Of a stretch of 64,000 nt of DNA, positions 49,719-59,663 are shown piece by piece. This stretch comes from Snowella sp. GTDB lineage: Bacteria; Cyanobacteriota; Cyanobacteriia; Cyanobacteriales; Microcystaceae. Below the pieces are notes generated by a model. The model saw nothing but the letters and a program-made list of their open reading frames with translations. It did no database searches and was not told where the DNA came from. Location of the stretch: contig JAYKGY010000043.1 in the NCBI GenBank assembly GCA_035285545.1, positions 1 through 64,000 of the forward strand, given 5' to 3'. The position numbers and the translations under genes were made by a program. Position 1 is the stretch's first letter. The number at the start of each line of letters is the position of its first letter.

Positions 49719-50786
49719 TCAAGGGAATTTTTTGAATTGGGCTAGTTGGCTGTGAATGGCTTGCCGTTTTTGATTGACTTGCCCACTAGTTAATAGGAAT
49801 TCTGCTTGCGCGATCGCTGACTTCAGATTTTCACAAACCCCATAATGCCAAAGGTAAAAAGCACTATTCCAAATCACCGCTTTGGCTAAATTCGTCAATT
49901 GCCCTTCCAGAACCTGCTCTAAAGATTGAAAATAGTCTGCTGTCTGCTCTAGGGGGATCTCTTTATGGGCCAAACCATAGGGATGGGGGTCGAGTTTGAG
50001 ATAGGCGGACTCTGATTCTGTATTGGCTTGATGGATCGCAATAATCGTGGTTTGAGAAAGCCGTAAATCACAACTGCCTTCTAAGCCTTTAACTAAGGTA
50101 TAGCGTTGCTCGCCACGCTCCTGTAGAGCGACCCGAATCATTTGTTCCGTTGGCGGATGAACATAACCAGCCACTAAATGGGATTCCCCCCCATAGGGCG
50201 ACCAGATTAATTCTAAAGTGGCTAACGGTGGACGTTTACCAATTTCATCCCGATAGGTCACTAATCCTTGGGCTAAGGGAAAGTGTTTGGGCATGTAGTA
50301 AAAGGTAAATGAGCTTTCTACTAATAATTGATGAACTTGGGTTAAAGAAAGGGGACAAAAATCCAGACCCAAGGCTTGAAAAATATCAATTAACGGTAAG
50401 CCATATTTTGTCGGTAAGCTATCGCCCCCATGCAAAATCACCGGAATTCCGGCGGTTGCCAACAGTAAAGCCGTCAGGGGAACAATCGGGGCAGTACGAG
50501 TCCGCCCATCGTAGGGAACACCAAAAACCAGGGGTAAACGAGGGGAATCGGGTAAAGGGGCAATTTTTCCCCCTAATTCATCGTAGGCATCTAAAAAACC
50601 CGCTAATTCCATACCCGTGGGTCGTTTAATGCGATGAGCAATCAAAAAAGCTCCGATTTGGGCAGGGGTTGCCTCTTGGGTTAACATCATTCGTCCCGCG
50701 ATCGCGGCTTCAGAGCGTGTTAAATCTTTTTTGGTATGTTGCCCACTGCCAACTTTTTTCAGGAGTTCTCTAAACTGATGACTCAT
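49719..50786 (-). CDS. Anthranilate phosphoribosyltransferase-like protein (YbiB/TrpD2 family)
   Basis: KKVGSG....DLTR.EA, AQIGAFLIAHRIK, PYDGR.R, R.EIGKRPP, GYVHPP, KGLEG. Confidence 0.85.
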   Translation of the reverse strand: MSHQFRELLKKVGSGQHTKKDLTRSEAAIAGRMMLTQEATPAQIGAFLIAHRIKRPTGMELAGFLDAYDELGGKIAPLPDSPRLPLVFGVPYDGRTRTAPIVPLTALLLATAGIPVILHGGDSLPTKYGLPLIDIFQALGLDFCPLSLTQVHQLLVESSFTFYYMPKHFPLAQGLVTYRDEIGKRPPLATLELIWSPYGGESHLVAGYVHPPTEQMIRVALQERGEQRYTLVKGLEGSCDLRLSQTTIIAIHQANTESESAYLKLDPHPYGLAHKEIPLEQTADYFQSLEQVLEGQLTNLAKAVIWNSAFYLWHYGVCENLKSAIAQAEFLLTSGQVNQKRQAIHSQLAQFKKFP

Positions 50787-50954
50787 AGAGGATGGATGAT
50801 AGTAATTTATAAATTATAGAGATTGATAAATAACCCCTTAAAGATTTTAGAGGGATTGAGCCAAAATTGTGAGTTAGCCATGAGCGATGAATTTCGGTCA
50901 AGACAAAATATCGGGCTATCCCTGTCCCATCAGTTAGCAGCAACGTGGGGTAAA

Positions 50955-51515
50955 TCATTGAGACGGTGAAATAGGGTTACGGGGATTTACCAGATTGGGT
51001 AAGGAAATTTCCGTATTCAGTCCCCGATCATAGAGCACTAAATCCCATTGTCCTGAACGGTTGGTTTCAAAGGCAATAAAACGACCATTGCCACTAAGGG
51101 TGGGGCGACGTACTTCGCCGATCCAGGTTTCAGTGAGGTTCTGAGCTTGAAAGGTCTGGCGGTCATAGAACCAAATATTCGGCTTTCCCCCTTGTTCAGA
51201 AACATAAACCAGATAGCGACCATCCGCACTAATATCGGGTTGATCCTGAAGGCTATTGGGTTGATTTACCCCCGGCAATGGAAGTAAACGGCGTGCTACC
51301 ACATCATAAAGCCAAATTCCCCGTTGTTTTCCCCGATCCGAAGCAAAGACAAGATAACGTCCATCGTAGGAAAGACGACCATTTTGATCATTTCGAGAGG
51401 TATTGAGAGAAGATCCCATATCCTGGGGTAAGGGTGCAATAAAACCCGATTCTTGACAACCACTTAACCCCACTACCACCGCGATCGCCATTAAAAAGCG
51501 TTTAAGAATGAGCAT
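50955..51515 (-). CDS. TolB-like / PD40 repeat lipoprotein
   Basis: Lipobox LSGC; three S.DGRY/F repeats. Confidence 0.85.
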   Translation of the reverse strand: MLILKRFLMAIAVVVGLSGCQESGFIAPLPQDMGSSLNTSRNDQNGRLSYDGRYLVFASDRGKQRGIWLYDVVARRLLPLPGVNQPNSLQDQPDISADGRYLVYVSEQGGKPNIWFYDRQTFQAQNLTETWIGEVRRPTLSGNGRFIAFETNRSGQWDLVLYDRGLNTEISLPNLVNPRNPISPSQ

Positions 51516-51546
51516 TTATCAATGAGACCACCCCATCTATCCGGGC

Positions 51547-51834
51547 TTAGGTCAGGGCTTCCTTGGTAGGTGGCGGTGGAAGAATGCAACAGTTGACATC
51601 ATCCAAACAGACCTTTCCCCACTGCAATCCCCAGCGCACTAATTCAACCCGATTTTCCGTTTTAGTTTTGGTGAGAATATTACTAATGTGATTATCAACC
51701 GTTCGCTTACTAATTTCCAGTTTTTCTGCAATTTCCGAATTCGTTAAACCAATCGCGACTAATTCTAGAATTTCCAGTTCCCGCTCTGACAATGCAACCG
51801 GCAGTTGGGACTTACTGCTCATCATAAACCTCAT
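51547..51834 (-). CDS. pedR: Small LuxR-type regulator PedR
   Basis: LSERELEILELVA.GLTN.EIA..L.ISKRTVDNHISNIL; C-terminal GKVC.D.VNCC; alternative ATGs at 51825 and 51822. Confidence 0.85.
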   Translation of the reverse strand: MRFMMSSKSQLPVALSERELEILELVAIGLTNSEIAEKLEISKRTVDNHISNILTKTKTENRVELVRWGLQWGKVCLDDVNCCILPPPPTKEALT

Positions 51835-52038
51835 TCCTCTTGGTATATTTTAGTATATTTACTCATTCCATTTTCATTGTAGAAGATATGGACGTGAATG
51901 AAGGGAAGGCCTCTCCAAATTTTGGGCAAATTTATACAAAGAATTTTTGCGTTTTTCTATCACTTTCAAGCCGAAATTTTGAATAAATGTAAACGAATAG
52001 TGATATTTCTTAAACAGAAGGATTAAGACCCTATTGGC

Positions 52039-52716
52039 TTAAAATGCGACTTCCTGGAGACGGTGCTGTAACATTTGCGGGAATTGGCTGTAATACTTTT
52101 GATTGAGAGGGGAAGGATGGGGTAAGGGCATTAAACTAATTTGACGTTCCTGAACCTGCCCATTTTCATCGGTGGCTTTGAGCGTAATGTTTAAATAGGA
52201 CGAATACCGATCCTCGCGGAGGAAATATTCATTGACTTCTCCTTTCTTGCCGTAGGGGGTAAACCATTTAAAGGCTTCCGTTCCTAGCGTAATAATTTGT
52301 TTGCCTTCCCAATGGAGGACTAATAATCGCTCAATAAACGGACGAAATCGCTCTTTAACTGCCGGTAAGTAGGCCTTATTCCCTGGTGGTTTATAGGGAA
52401 CGGTATTGGTCAATAAGACGCGATCGCAGACGGTCATTAACTCTTTGCGGCTTTTGGCTTTATGACCCTGCCAGGCTAAATAAAATCCTTCTCTTACCAG
52501 CGTTCCTGCTGCCCCAATTAACGGTTGACTCGCGGCAACTTCATCTTTCCCCAAGTCTCGACCAAAGAAACAAAGTTGACTCTTTAAATTTCCGGCATAA
52601 AGTACAGGCTCTAAGGGATCTTTATGAGCATATTGATAAACGGGAACATCAATGGGAAACTCTGCCCGTTCTGCTTCTTGGCGGACTTGACGAATGAGTG
52701 TGGCAATATCGGACAT
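52039..52716 (-). CDS. Uracil-DNA glycosylase superfamily protein
   Basis: FFGRDLG.DE...QPLIG.AG, TNTVPYKPPGN, IITLG..A, LPHPSP. Confidence 0.8.
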   Translation of the reverse strand: MSDIATLIRQVRQEAERAEFPIDVPVYQYAHKDPLEPVLYAGNLKSQLCFFGRDLGKDEVAASQPLIGAAGTLVREGFYLAWQGHKAKSRKELMTVCDRVLLTNTVPYKPPGNKAYLPAVKERFRPFIERLLVLHWEGKQIITLGTEAFKWFTPYGKKGEVNEYFLREDRYSSYLNITLKATDENGQVQERQISLMPLPHPSPLNQKYYSQFPQMLQHRLQEVAF

Positions 52717-52828
52717 AGATTCAGGAAAACAAATGAGCGATTAGTAGCATAACATTATCACCCATTTCCAGTTATCCCTTGAGAGAGGTTACTCAACTTC
52801 ATTCGTTAGAGCAATCTCGGCTCGATTT

Positions 52829-54310
52829 TTAATGCATTAACGCTTCACCCCGACGGTACAGTTCACGGGCATAATCCGTCCAAGTGCCTTGCCCCCAATA
52901 GCGAAAACAACTGGTTTGTACCAATAGGTTATACAGTAAGGCTTCTTGATAATCAGGGCGTTGGGTGACGCTCGGATCTTGCTCAACTAAAGCATCATAT
53001 TTTTGATGGAATAAAGCACTAAGTTGATTCATCGGTTCTAGAACATTTTCATAGCCCTGTACCCAACTGAGGTTATTTGTCCAGGAGGCTCCGTCCATGT
53101 GGAATTGGTGATCGCTTTGTTTTAATTCGGCGATCGCGTTTTCGACTAGCTCAGGTGTAGCGTGATTAGGATTAACCCGTTGCCAAATTTTGTGTTGATG
53201 AACCGCTTGAATTTCAGGATAATCATCGGGATTAACTCCAGCCGCCTCGATCAACTCTAAATATTCCGTCCCGTTCATGGGTACTGTTCCCACTTTTCCG
53301 CCCCCTTCTGCGCGAATTTCATAATTGGCTTTAAAGTAATCACGGGGAAATTCATTCATCATCACGCCGCCATTTTCCCCATCCGCAATTTGGGTTCCCA
53401 AAGAAGGAATCGTTATATTACTAATCTGCTGTTTTCTTAACCCTTTGGCTTCATAGTAAGGCTGCATTTGCGCCACTAATTTCGTATCCGATCCTTGGGT
53501 TTTAATCAAAGCTGTAATACTGATAATTTCGCCTGAAGAACTGCGAGCCGCTAAGCGATTGGGGATATATTTTTGCTCTTGGGGAAGACTGGAGCCATCT
53601 AACCGTTCCACAGAATGTTCCTGTACCATCAACCAACGATAACCGCACTCTTTTAAGGCTTTTATGTATTGATATAAGGTATCGGGATGATTGGGTAGGT
53701 GCATTTCGGGGGGTGAAAATCCTTTGACCCGTTGCAGAGCCTCTTCCCCAAAAATAGACGCAAAATGGTGCTGCCAGGCTTGAATCTGTAATTTAACGTC
53801 AGGAATCGGAGTTGAAGGCACGACGGCATGACTCCACATGGTTCCTAGCCATTCCACATAGGGCTGATATTGGGAATTGCAAGTAATGGTTCGTAAATTA
53901 TCCAAAATATCTTGGCGACCCATTTGTTGAAAACCCCAGAGCAAATTGCCGGAATAATCCAACATGATGCGCGGGTTGCAACCTTCATTCACCAATTGCG
54001 GGATAAATTCCCCCATCCGACGATAACACCAGACAAAGGGATCGGCGTTGTGGTTGTCTCCTTCCCCTGGATGTTCGTACATATATTGCAAATGACTGAT
54101 TAAGGCTCCTTGTCGTCCGGCGGGAATGGTGGGTTGGTGCATGTGGAGGGCACAGGCAAATCCCGCTTGAATATTATCTAATTTAAGATTCGTTGTGGGT
54201 AAAAAAATCGGTTCATTGCGACTTGTAACGGCTTGAATATGGGCTTCGTTTCCCGCGATCGCAGGAAGATAGAACTGTTGAAACGTGGGTGAGGAAATAC
54301 TGGCAACCAT
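52829..54310 (-). CDS. Glycoside hydrolase family 57-like protein
   Basis: ALHMHQP, MLDYSGNL, GFSPPEMH, ADGEN motifs. Confidence 0.75.
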   Translation of the reverse strand: MVASISSPTFQQFYLPAIAGNEAHIQAVTSRNEPIFLPTTNLKLDNIQAGFACALHMHQPTIPAGRQGALISHLQYMYEHPGEGDNHNADPFVWCYRRMGEFIPQLVNEGCNPRIMLDYSGNLLWGFQQMGRQDILDNLRTITCNSQYQPYVEWLGTMWSHAVVPSTPIPDVKLQIQAWQHHFASIFGEEALQRVKGFSPPEMHLPNHPDTLYQYIKALKECGYRWLMVQEHSVERLDGSSLPQEQKYIPNRLAARSSSGEIISITALIKTQGSDTKLVAQMQPYYEAKGLRKQQISNITIPSLGTQIADGENGGVMMNEFPRDYFKANYEIRAEGGGKVGTVPMNGTEYLELIEAAGVNPDDYPEIQAVHQHKIWQRVNPNHATPELVENAIAELKQSDHQFHMDGASWTNNLSWVQGYENVLEPMNQLSALFHQKYDALVEQDPSVTQRPDYQEALLYNLLVQTSCFRYWGQGTWTDYARELYRRGEALMH

Positions 54311-54492
54311 AGAAAGTCCTTAGAGGATTTGTTAATAAGAATAACTTTTTTTTGCATAAGAGAATAATTTTTGGCAATAAAAGACGGAAAATGATCCCAA
54401 AAACAGGTGAGAATAAGGTATATTTCACGCTATATTCAAAAAGAATCGTTACAAATTATCAACACTGATTAGGCGATCGCCGACTAAGACCT

Positions 54493-55002
54493 ATGGCAGA
54501 AGAGACAAAACCCACCCCTGAAGCCTCTACGGAGGAAACACCGGCAGTTGATCCCAAGCCAGCCAAAGCGGCTAAAGCTGCACCGACCGCCGATAAAGCA
54601 CCAGCGGCGAAAAAAGCCAAAGAACCCGCCTTAGAAGATAAACCCTTCGCCGAGTTTATGGAAAAAGATTTTGTGCCGACGCTGCAAAAAGCTCTCGACC
54701 AAGAAGGCTTAAAAGAAATCAGCGTTAGCTTTAAAAAGCAACCCTTACCGACCTATGGAGCCGATCCCAACGAACAGTGTTGGCAGGTTGAGGGAATTTG
54801 GCAAAAAGGACAACGCCAATTTAATCTCTATTTTTGGGATGAAAATATTAATGGTCAAAAAGGATTTTCCTTTGCCAGTGGCGGTAGTAAGCCCAGTACC
54901 ATTGAATCTTTCATGATTGATGAACGGAAAGTAACGTTGGATCTGATGGTACGTTATCTGATACAACGGCTTAACGGACAAAAATGGCTAATTTTAAATT
55001 AA
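54493..55002 (+). CDS. DUF2996 family protein
   Basis: EDKPF.EF....F.P, S.IESF.IDERK.TLDL.V....QRLNGQKWL. Confidence 0.8.
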   Translation: MAEETKPTPEASTEETPAVDPKPAKAAKAAPTADKAPAAKKAKEPALEDKPFAEFMEKDFVPTLQKALDQEGLKEISVSFKKQPLPTYGADPNEQCWQVEGIWQKGQRQFNLYFWDENINGQKGFSFASGGSKPSTIESFMIDERKVTLDLMVRYLIQRLNGQKWLILN

Positions 55003-55016
55003 GCTTATTGATTCTA

Positions 55017-55128
55017 AGAGTATGTTTGAAAAGCTCCCCTAGCCCCCTAACATTGGGGGAAAATGCTTGAAAAGTCCCCCCGTATTGGGGGATTTAGGGG
55101 GCAAAATAAGACCATGCAAACATGTTCT
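55017..55128. mobile_element. MITE-like element carrying a REP core
   Basis: Terminal inverted repeats agagtatgtttg / caaacatgttct (10 of 12 match); core nearly the same as 28021-28088. Confidence 0.65.
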
Positions 55129-55237
55129 AAGCAGTCTTATCTTGCATTCTTGATTGAATTAAGGGGAATACAGTGTTAAGGCTGTCTCTGTTTGTAATAT
55201 TATTTTTATTTTAAAAGGCCCTGTCAATACAAAAGTT

Positions 55238-55627
55238 ATGCGTGTTTATGTATTGCTATTCAATGCCCGCACCGACAACGAAGGGATTCATACCATTCAA
55301 ATGGGGGGGCGCAATAAAATTTTAATGTTTGAGTCCGAAGACGACGCAACCCGTTTCGCGCTGTTATTAGAGGCTCAGGATTTCCCCGTTCCGACGGTCG
55401 AAGCCATGGATTCTGACGAGATTGAAGCCTTTTGCCAGGAAGCTGATTATGACTACGAAATGGTCAGCGAAGGGATGTTAGCCATTCCCCCTGAAAATAA
55501 TGTCAATAATCCTGATTGGGATAAGGATGGAGTTATTCAGGCTCAAGCAGAAGAAAACGAGTCAAGTATCGGTCTTTCCGACAGTGAGTTAGATACGATT
55601 CGTCGTCGTCTAGAGGGGCTACTTTAG
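55238..55627 (+). CDS. DUF3110 family protein
   Basis: VYVLLFNARTDNEGIH, FESEDDA.RFA.LLEAQDFP, IRRRLEGLL. Confidence 0.82.
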   Translation: MRVYVLLFNARTDNEGIHTIQMGGRNKILMFESEDDATRFALLLEAQDFPVPTVEAMDSDEIEAFCQEADYDYEMVSEGMLAIPPENNVNNPDWDKDGVIQAQAEENESSIGLSDSELDTIRRRLEGLL

Positions 55628-55818
55628 GCTTAAATAGAAAAGTAACCTAAAAAAGTTCAGGAAAATTACTGAAACTGGAATTTACAAAGTAGCATTCTCG
55701 GTGATTGCTTAGGTTGAGTCCTATCTTAGCTTATTCGATCTACAGGAGTTTTTGCTATTAATTTTTTATTTTTTAGGGTTATTTGCTAATTTAAATTATA
55801 ATTTGACAATTTTTAAGA

Positions 55819-56742
55819 ATGAATTCTTTAGAAAAACGGGGTCATTTGTTAACGGAACAGGTGAATCCCAATAGCCAAAATCTGGATCAACTGACTTCTC
55901 TGCAATTAGTCGAACTGTTTAATCAGGAAGATGCCCAAACTCTCGCAGCGATCGCGCAAGCCAAACAAGAATTAGCCCAAGCGATTGATTTAACGGTAGA
56001 ATCTCTGCGTCAGGGGGGTCGATTATTTTATGTAGGTGCAGGAACCAGTGGCCGTTTAGGGGTTTTAGATGCGGCGGAATGTCCTCCAACTTTTTGTACA
56101 CCGCCGGAGATGGTACAGGGCATTATTGCGGGTGGTGCAGGGGCATTAGTTCGCAGTTCGGAAGATTTAGAGGATCGGGCTGAAGATGGGGCAGACGCGA
56201 TCGCGCAACGGCAGATTGGGCAACGGGATGTGGTCGTCGGAATTGCCGCAGGGGGAACCACGCCCTTTGTACATGGAGCCTTAAAAGCCGCTAAACAACG
56301 GGGAGCGAGTGCCATTTTTATTGCCTGTGTTCCCAAAGAGCAAGTCACGATTGAAGCCGCCGATATCGATATTCGTCTATTAACGGGCCCTGAAATTGTG
56401 GCAGGTTCAACCCGATTAAAAGCGGGAACCGTTACTAAAATGGCCCTCAATATTCTCTCTACAGGGGTCATGGTCGGTTTAGGGAAAGTTTATGGCAATC
56501 GCATGGTGGATGTGGCTGTCACGAATAAAAAATTGCACGATCGCGCCCTACGGATGTTAGAAGATCTCACCGATTTAGACCGAGAGGCCTGTGGATTTTT
56601 GTTAGAACGGAGTGGTCGGCGGGTTAAACTAGCGTTATTAATGCATTGGACGGGACTCGATGCCGAAGTCGGTCAATCCTTACTCGATTCTTGCCAAGGA
56701 AACCTCCGTGCAGCGATAGAACACCATCAAGCATCCGTTTAG
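55819..56742 (+). CDS. murQ: N-acetylmuramic acid 6-phosphate etherase
   Basis: GAGTSGRLGVLDAAECPPTF, GPE..AGSTRLKAGT, GKVYGNRMVDV. Confidence 0.96.
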   Translation: MNSLEKRGHLLTEQVNPNSQNLDQLTSLQLVELFNQEDAQTLAAIAQAKQELAQAIDLTVESLRQGGRLFYVGAGTSGRLGVLDAAECPPTFCTPPEMVQGIIAGGAGALVRSSEDLEDRAEDGADAIAQRQIGQRDVVVGIAAGGTTPFVHGALKAAKQRGASAIFIACVPKEQVTIEAADIDIRLLTGPEIVAGSTRLKAGTVTKMALNILSTGVMVGLGKVYGNRMVDVAVTNKKLHDRALRMLEDLTDLDREACGFLLERSGRRVKLALLMHWTGLDAEVGQSLLDSCQGNLRAAIEHHQASV

Positions 56743-56748
56743 TGACTT

Positions 56749-58281
56749 ATGAATGCGTCTGAAACCACAGCGATCGCGACAGGAACCCCGTTAGTCATCA
56801 TTTTGATCCTCATTGTGGCCGCCGCAATTCTGATCTGGGGCTTCAATCGGGCTAAACCCTTTGGCAAATTGGGAATCTTAGCCTGGTTACAATCCTTGGT
56901 GCTAATGGCTCCCTGGCTGATTTTCTTTACCCTGTTTGCAGCAGGGATTTACGTCAATATTGTCGGTGTTCTCTTGCTGTTGGTGGTTTCTGTTGCGGTT
57001 TATATTTACTTAGGTCGGCAACTGCGATCGGCTGGTCAAGATGCCATGCTAAAAGAGCGAGCAGCCCAACGTCTCAAAGCTTTTAACGAATCAGAAAGTA
57101 CTTCTCAAACCGAATCTCCTGCCGCTACGACCGAGAGTAATCCCGTTGTTCCTGAAATTCTTCCCATCCCAGAAGCAGAATTAGCTATCCTCAAAGGTAT
57201 TTTTAGTATTGATACGTTTTTTGCAACGGAAACCATTCCCTATCAAGAGGGAGCTATTTTTAAAGGCAATTTACGGAGTGATCCGGATACTGCCTATGCC
57301 AAGATGTCGGAAAAATTAAAAACGGCTTTCGGGGAGAAATATCGGCTCTTTTTAGTCGAAGGCACAGAAGAACGTCCGATTGTCATCATTTTGCCCAGCA
57401 CCAATGACCCCCAACCGATGAGCCTGGCGCAAAAAAATTTGGCTTTGGTTCTTTTGGTTGCGACGATTGCCACCAGTTTAGAAGCGATCGGCTTATTGCT
57501 CGGTTTTGATCTCTCTGTTCAATGGCAACGCTACACCGAAGCTCTCCCCTTAACCTTGGGGCTGTGGGGCATTTTAGCCGCCCATGAAATCGGCCATCAA
57601 ATTATTGCCAAACGCCATCAAGTCCGCTTCAGTTTACCCTTCTTTCTTCCCAATTGGCAGATCGGTTCCTTTGGGGCGATTAGCCGTTTTGAATCCCTAT
57701 TACCCAATCGTTCCGCCCTGTTTGATATCGCTTTTGCGGGGCCTGCGGTGGGCGGTGTGGTTTCTCTGATGATTCTGTTTATTGGCTTAGTCCTTTCCCA
57801 TCCAGGCAGTTTCTTTCAACTTCCAACCCAATTTTTCCAAGGTTCCATTCTTATCGGTTCCTTAGCACGGGTGGTTTTAGGCGACGAATTGCAGCAGTCC
57901 ATTGTGGATATTCATCCCCTTGTCGTTTTGGGTTGGTTGGGTTTAGTCATTAATGCGTTGAATCTATTACCTGCGGGTCAACTGGATGGGGGACGGATTG
58001 TACAAGCCATTTATGGTCGCAAAATTGCTCGACGCACCACGATCGCGACTTTGATTGTTTTAGGTATTGTTGCCTTAATTAATCCGAGTAACCCGATTCC
58101 CCTCTATTGGGGCGTAGTTATTCTGTTTTTACAACGGGATTTAGAACGTCCTAGTTTAAACGAGTTAAGTGAACCCGATGATACTCGCGCCGCGTGGGGT
58201 TTATTAGCGTTGTTTTTGATGTTGGCGACCTTGATTCCGTTAACGCCAAGTTTAGCTGGTCGTTTAGGGATTGGTGGTTAA
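56749..58281 (+). CDS. Site-2 protease (peptidase M50, EGY-like)
   Basis: HEIGH, FDIAFAGP, NLLPAGQLDGGRI. Confidence 0.93.
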   Translation: MNASETTAIATGTPLVIILILIVAAAILIWGFNRAKPFGKLGILAWLQSLVLMAPWLIFFTLFAAGIYVNIVGVLLLLVVSVAVYIYLGRQLRSAGQDAMLKERAAQRLKAFNESESTSQTESPAATTESNPVVPEILPIPEAELAILKGIFSIDTFFATETIPYQEGAIFKGNLRSDPDTAYAKMSEKLKTAFGEKYRLFLVEGTEERPIVIILPSTNDPQPMSLAQKNLALVLLVATIATSLEAIGLLLGFDLSVQWQRYTEALPLTLGLWGILAAHEIGHQIIAKRHQVRFSLPFFLPNWQIGSFGAISRFESLLPNRSALFDIAFAGPAVGGVVSLMILFIGLVLSHPGSFFQLPTQFFQGSILIGSLARVVLGDELQQSIVDIHPLVVLGWLGLVINALNLLPAGQLDGGRIVQAIYGRKIARRTTIATLIVLGIVALINPSNPIPLYWGVVILFLQRDLERPSLNELSEPDDTRAAWGLLALFLMLATLIPLTPSLAGRLGIGG

Positions 58282-58343
58282 TTTACAGTTTTTGAAAAAA
58301 TTTTAGCTAGAGTAAGTTTAACCATGATACTGGTCTAGAATTT

Positions 58344-59663
58344 ATGCACATTCAACGAATCACTGTTCAAAATTTTCGTTGTTTCGAGCATCTAGAGTTC
58401 GAGTTAAATCCAGATATCAATATTTTTGTTGGGAATAATGGTTCAGGGAAAAGTGCCGTTTTAGACGCGATCGCTGCTGCAATGTATCCTTATGTTGCCC
58501 AAGTTCAGGAAATTTCAGGAAAAAAAATAGAACTTCTTCCAGTTTTTAAAAAAGATTTACCAGTTCAAAAAAAAGGTAATCAGCAAAAAATCCAACCAGA
58601 GCTTACTGTCATCGCCAAAGATCTTCCCAAGTGGAAAATACTCTGTAAGTATCTTCAAGAAAATTCATCTTCAAAAATGTTTATGGGTGAGGTAGCACAA
58701 TACAAACAAAACGGAACAAAAAAGCTATTTTCAGCATTAGAGGATAAGTTTTCTAAAAATTATAATTCTTCTTGTGAACTTTCGATTATTGCTTATTACA
58801 GAAGTGAACGTAACCTAACAAAAATTGATGAAGTTGCAACTATTTTTAATCACTCTTTTGATAGGTTTGATGCGCTCAATAATTCTTTTGATGGAACATC
58901 AAATTTTACAGATTTAGTAAATTGGTTCTTTGCTCGTGAATTTCAAGAGTTAAGAGAAGTCAGAAATCGGGGTGATATGAATTATGAATTGCCCGATCTT
59001 CAGCAAGTTAGAAATGCAATTAAAACGATTATTCATCCCAATGCTCGCGTTTACTCTAATCAAACAACTTCTATTCAATTAATGGTTGAGTGGACAACAG
59101 AAACGGGAGAAAAGCTGGAACTTTCCATTAATCAACTTAGTGCAGGTTATCGGAATATGTTGGCGTTGGTGATGGACTTTGCACGACGGTTAGCCCAAGC
59201 CAATCCCCATCTCGAAACTCCCCTAGAAGCCGAAGCCATTTTAATGATTGATGAAATTGATCTTCATTTACATCCCACTTGGCAACAAAAAATTATTCCC
59301 GATTTACGCAAAGTTTTTCCCAATACTCAAATTATTGCCACAACCCATAGCCCTGAAGTCGTTACAACGGTTGATCGCCACCAAGTTTGGATTTTAGAAG
59401 ATTATCAAATCAAAGCTTGTCCAACACCTACGAAAGGAATGAAAAGCTCAGATATAGTACGATATGTTTTAGGGCTTGGTGATTTACGGCCTGATACGGA
59501 AGAATCAAGAAAATTAAAAGCTCTATTTGCAGCAATTGATGCTGGTAACTTGGAAGAAGCCAAACGATTACAAAAAGAATTAGAAGTATGGGAATTTTTT
59601 GATGCGGATATGACGAGAGCCAATATGCAAATTCGTCGCTTAGAAAGGAGTAGTCCAGTATGA
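58344..59663 (+). CDS. ABC/AAA-type ATPase, PtuA-like (Septu)
   Basis: I.VQNFRCF, Walker A GNNGSGKS, signature LSAGYR, Walker B IDEIDLHLHP.WQ, TTHSP. Confidence 0.85.
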   Translation: MHIQRITVQNFRCFEHLEFELNPDINIFVGNNGSGKSAVLDAIAAAMYPYVAQVQEISGKKIELLPVFKKDLPVQKKGNQQKIQPELTVIAKDLPKWKILCKYLQENSSSKMFMGEVAQYKQNGTKKLFSALEDKFSKNYNSSCELSIIAYYRSERNLTKIDEVATIFNHSFDRFDALNNSFDGTSNFTDLVNWFFAREFQELREVRNRGDMNYELPDLQQVRNAIKTIIHPNARVYSNQTTSIQLMVEWTTETGEKLELSINQLSAGYRNMLALVMDFARRLAQANPHLETPLEAEAILMIDEIDLHLHPTWQQKIIPDLRKVFPNTQIIATTHSPEVVTTVDRHQVWILEDYQIKACPTPTKGMKSSDIVRYVLGLGDLRPDTEESRKLKALFAAIDAGNLEEAKRLQKELEVWEFFDADMTRANMQIRRLERSSPV

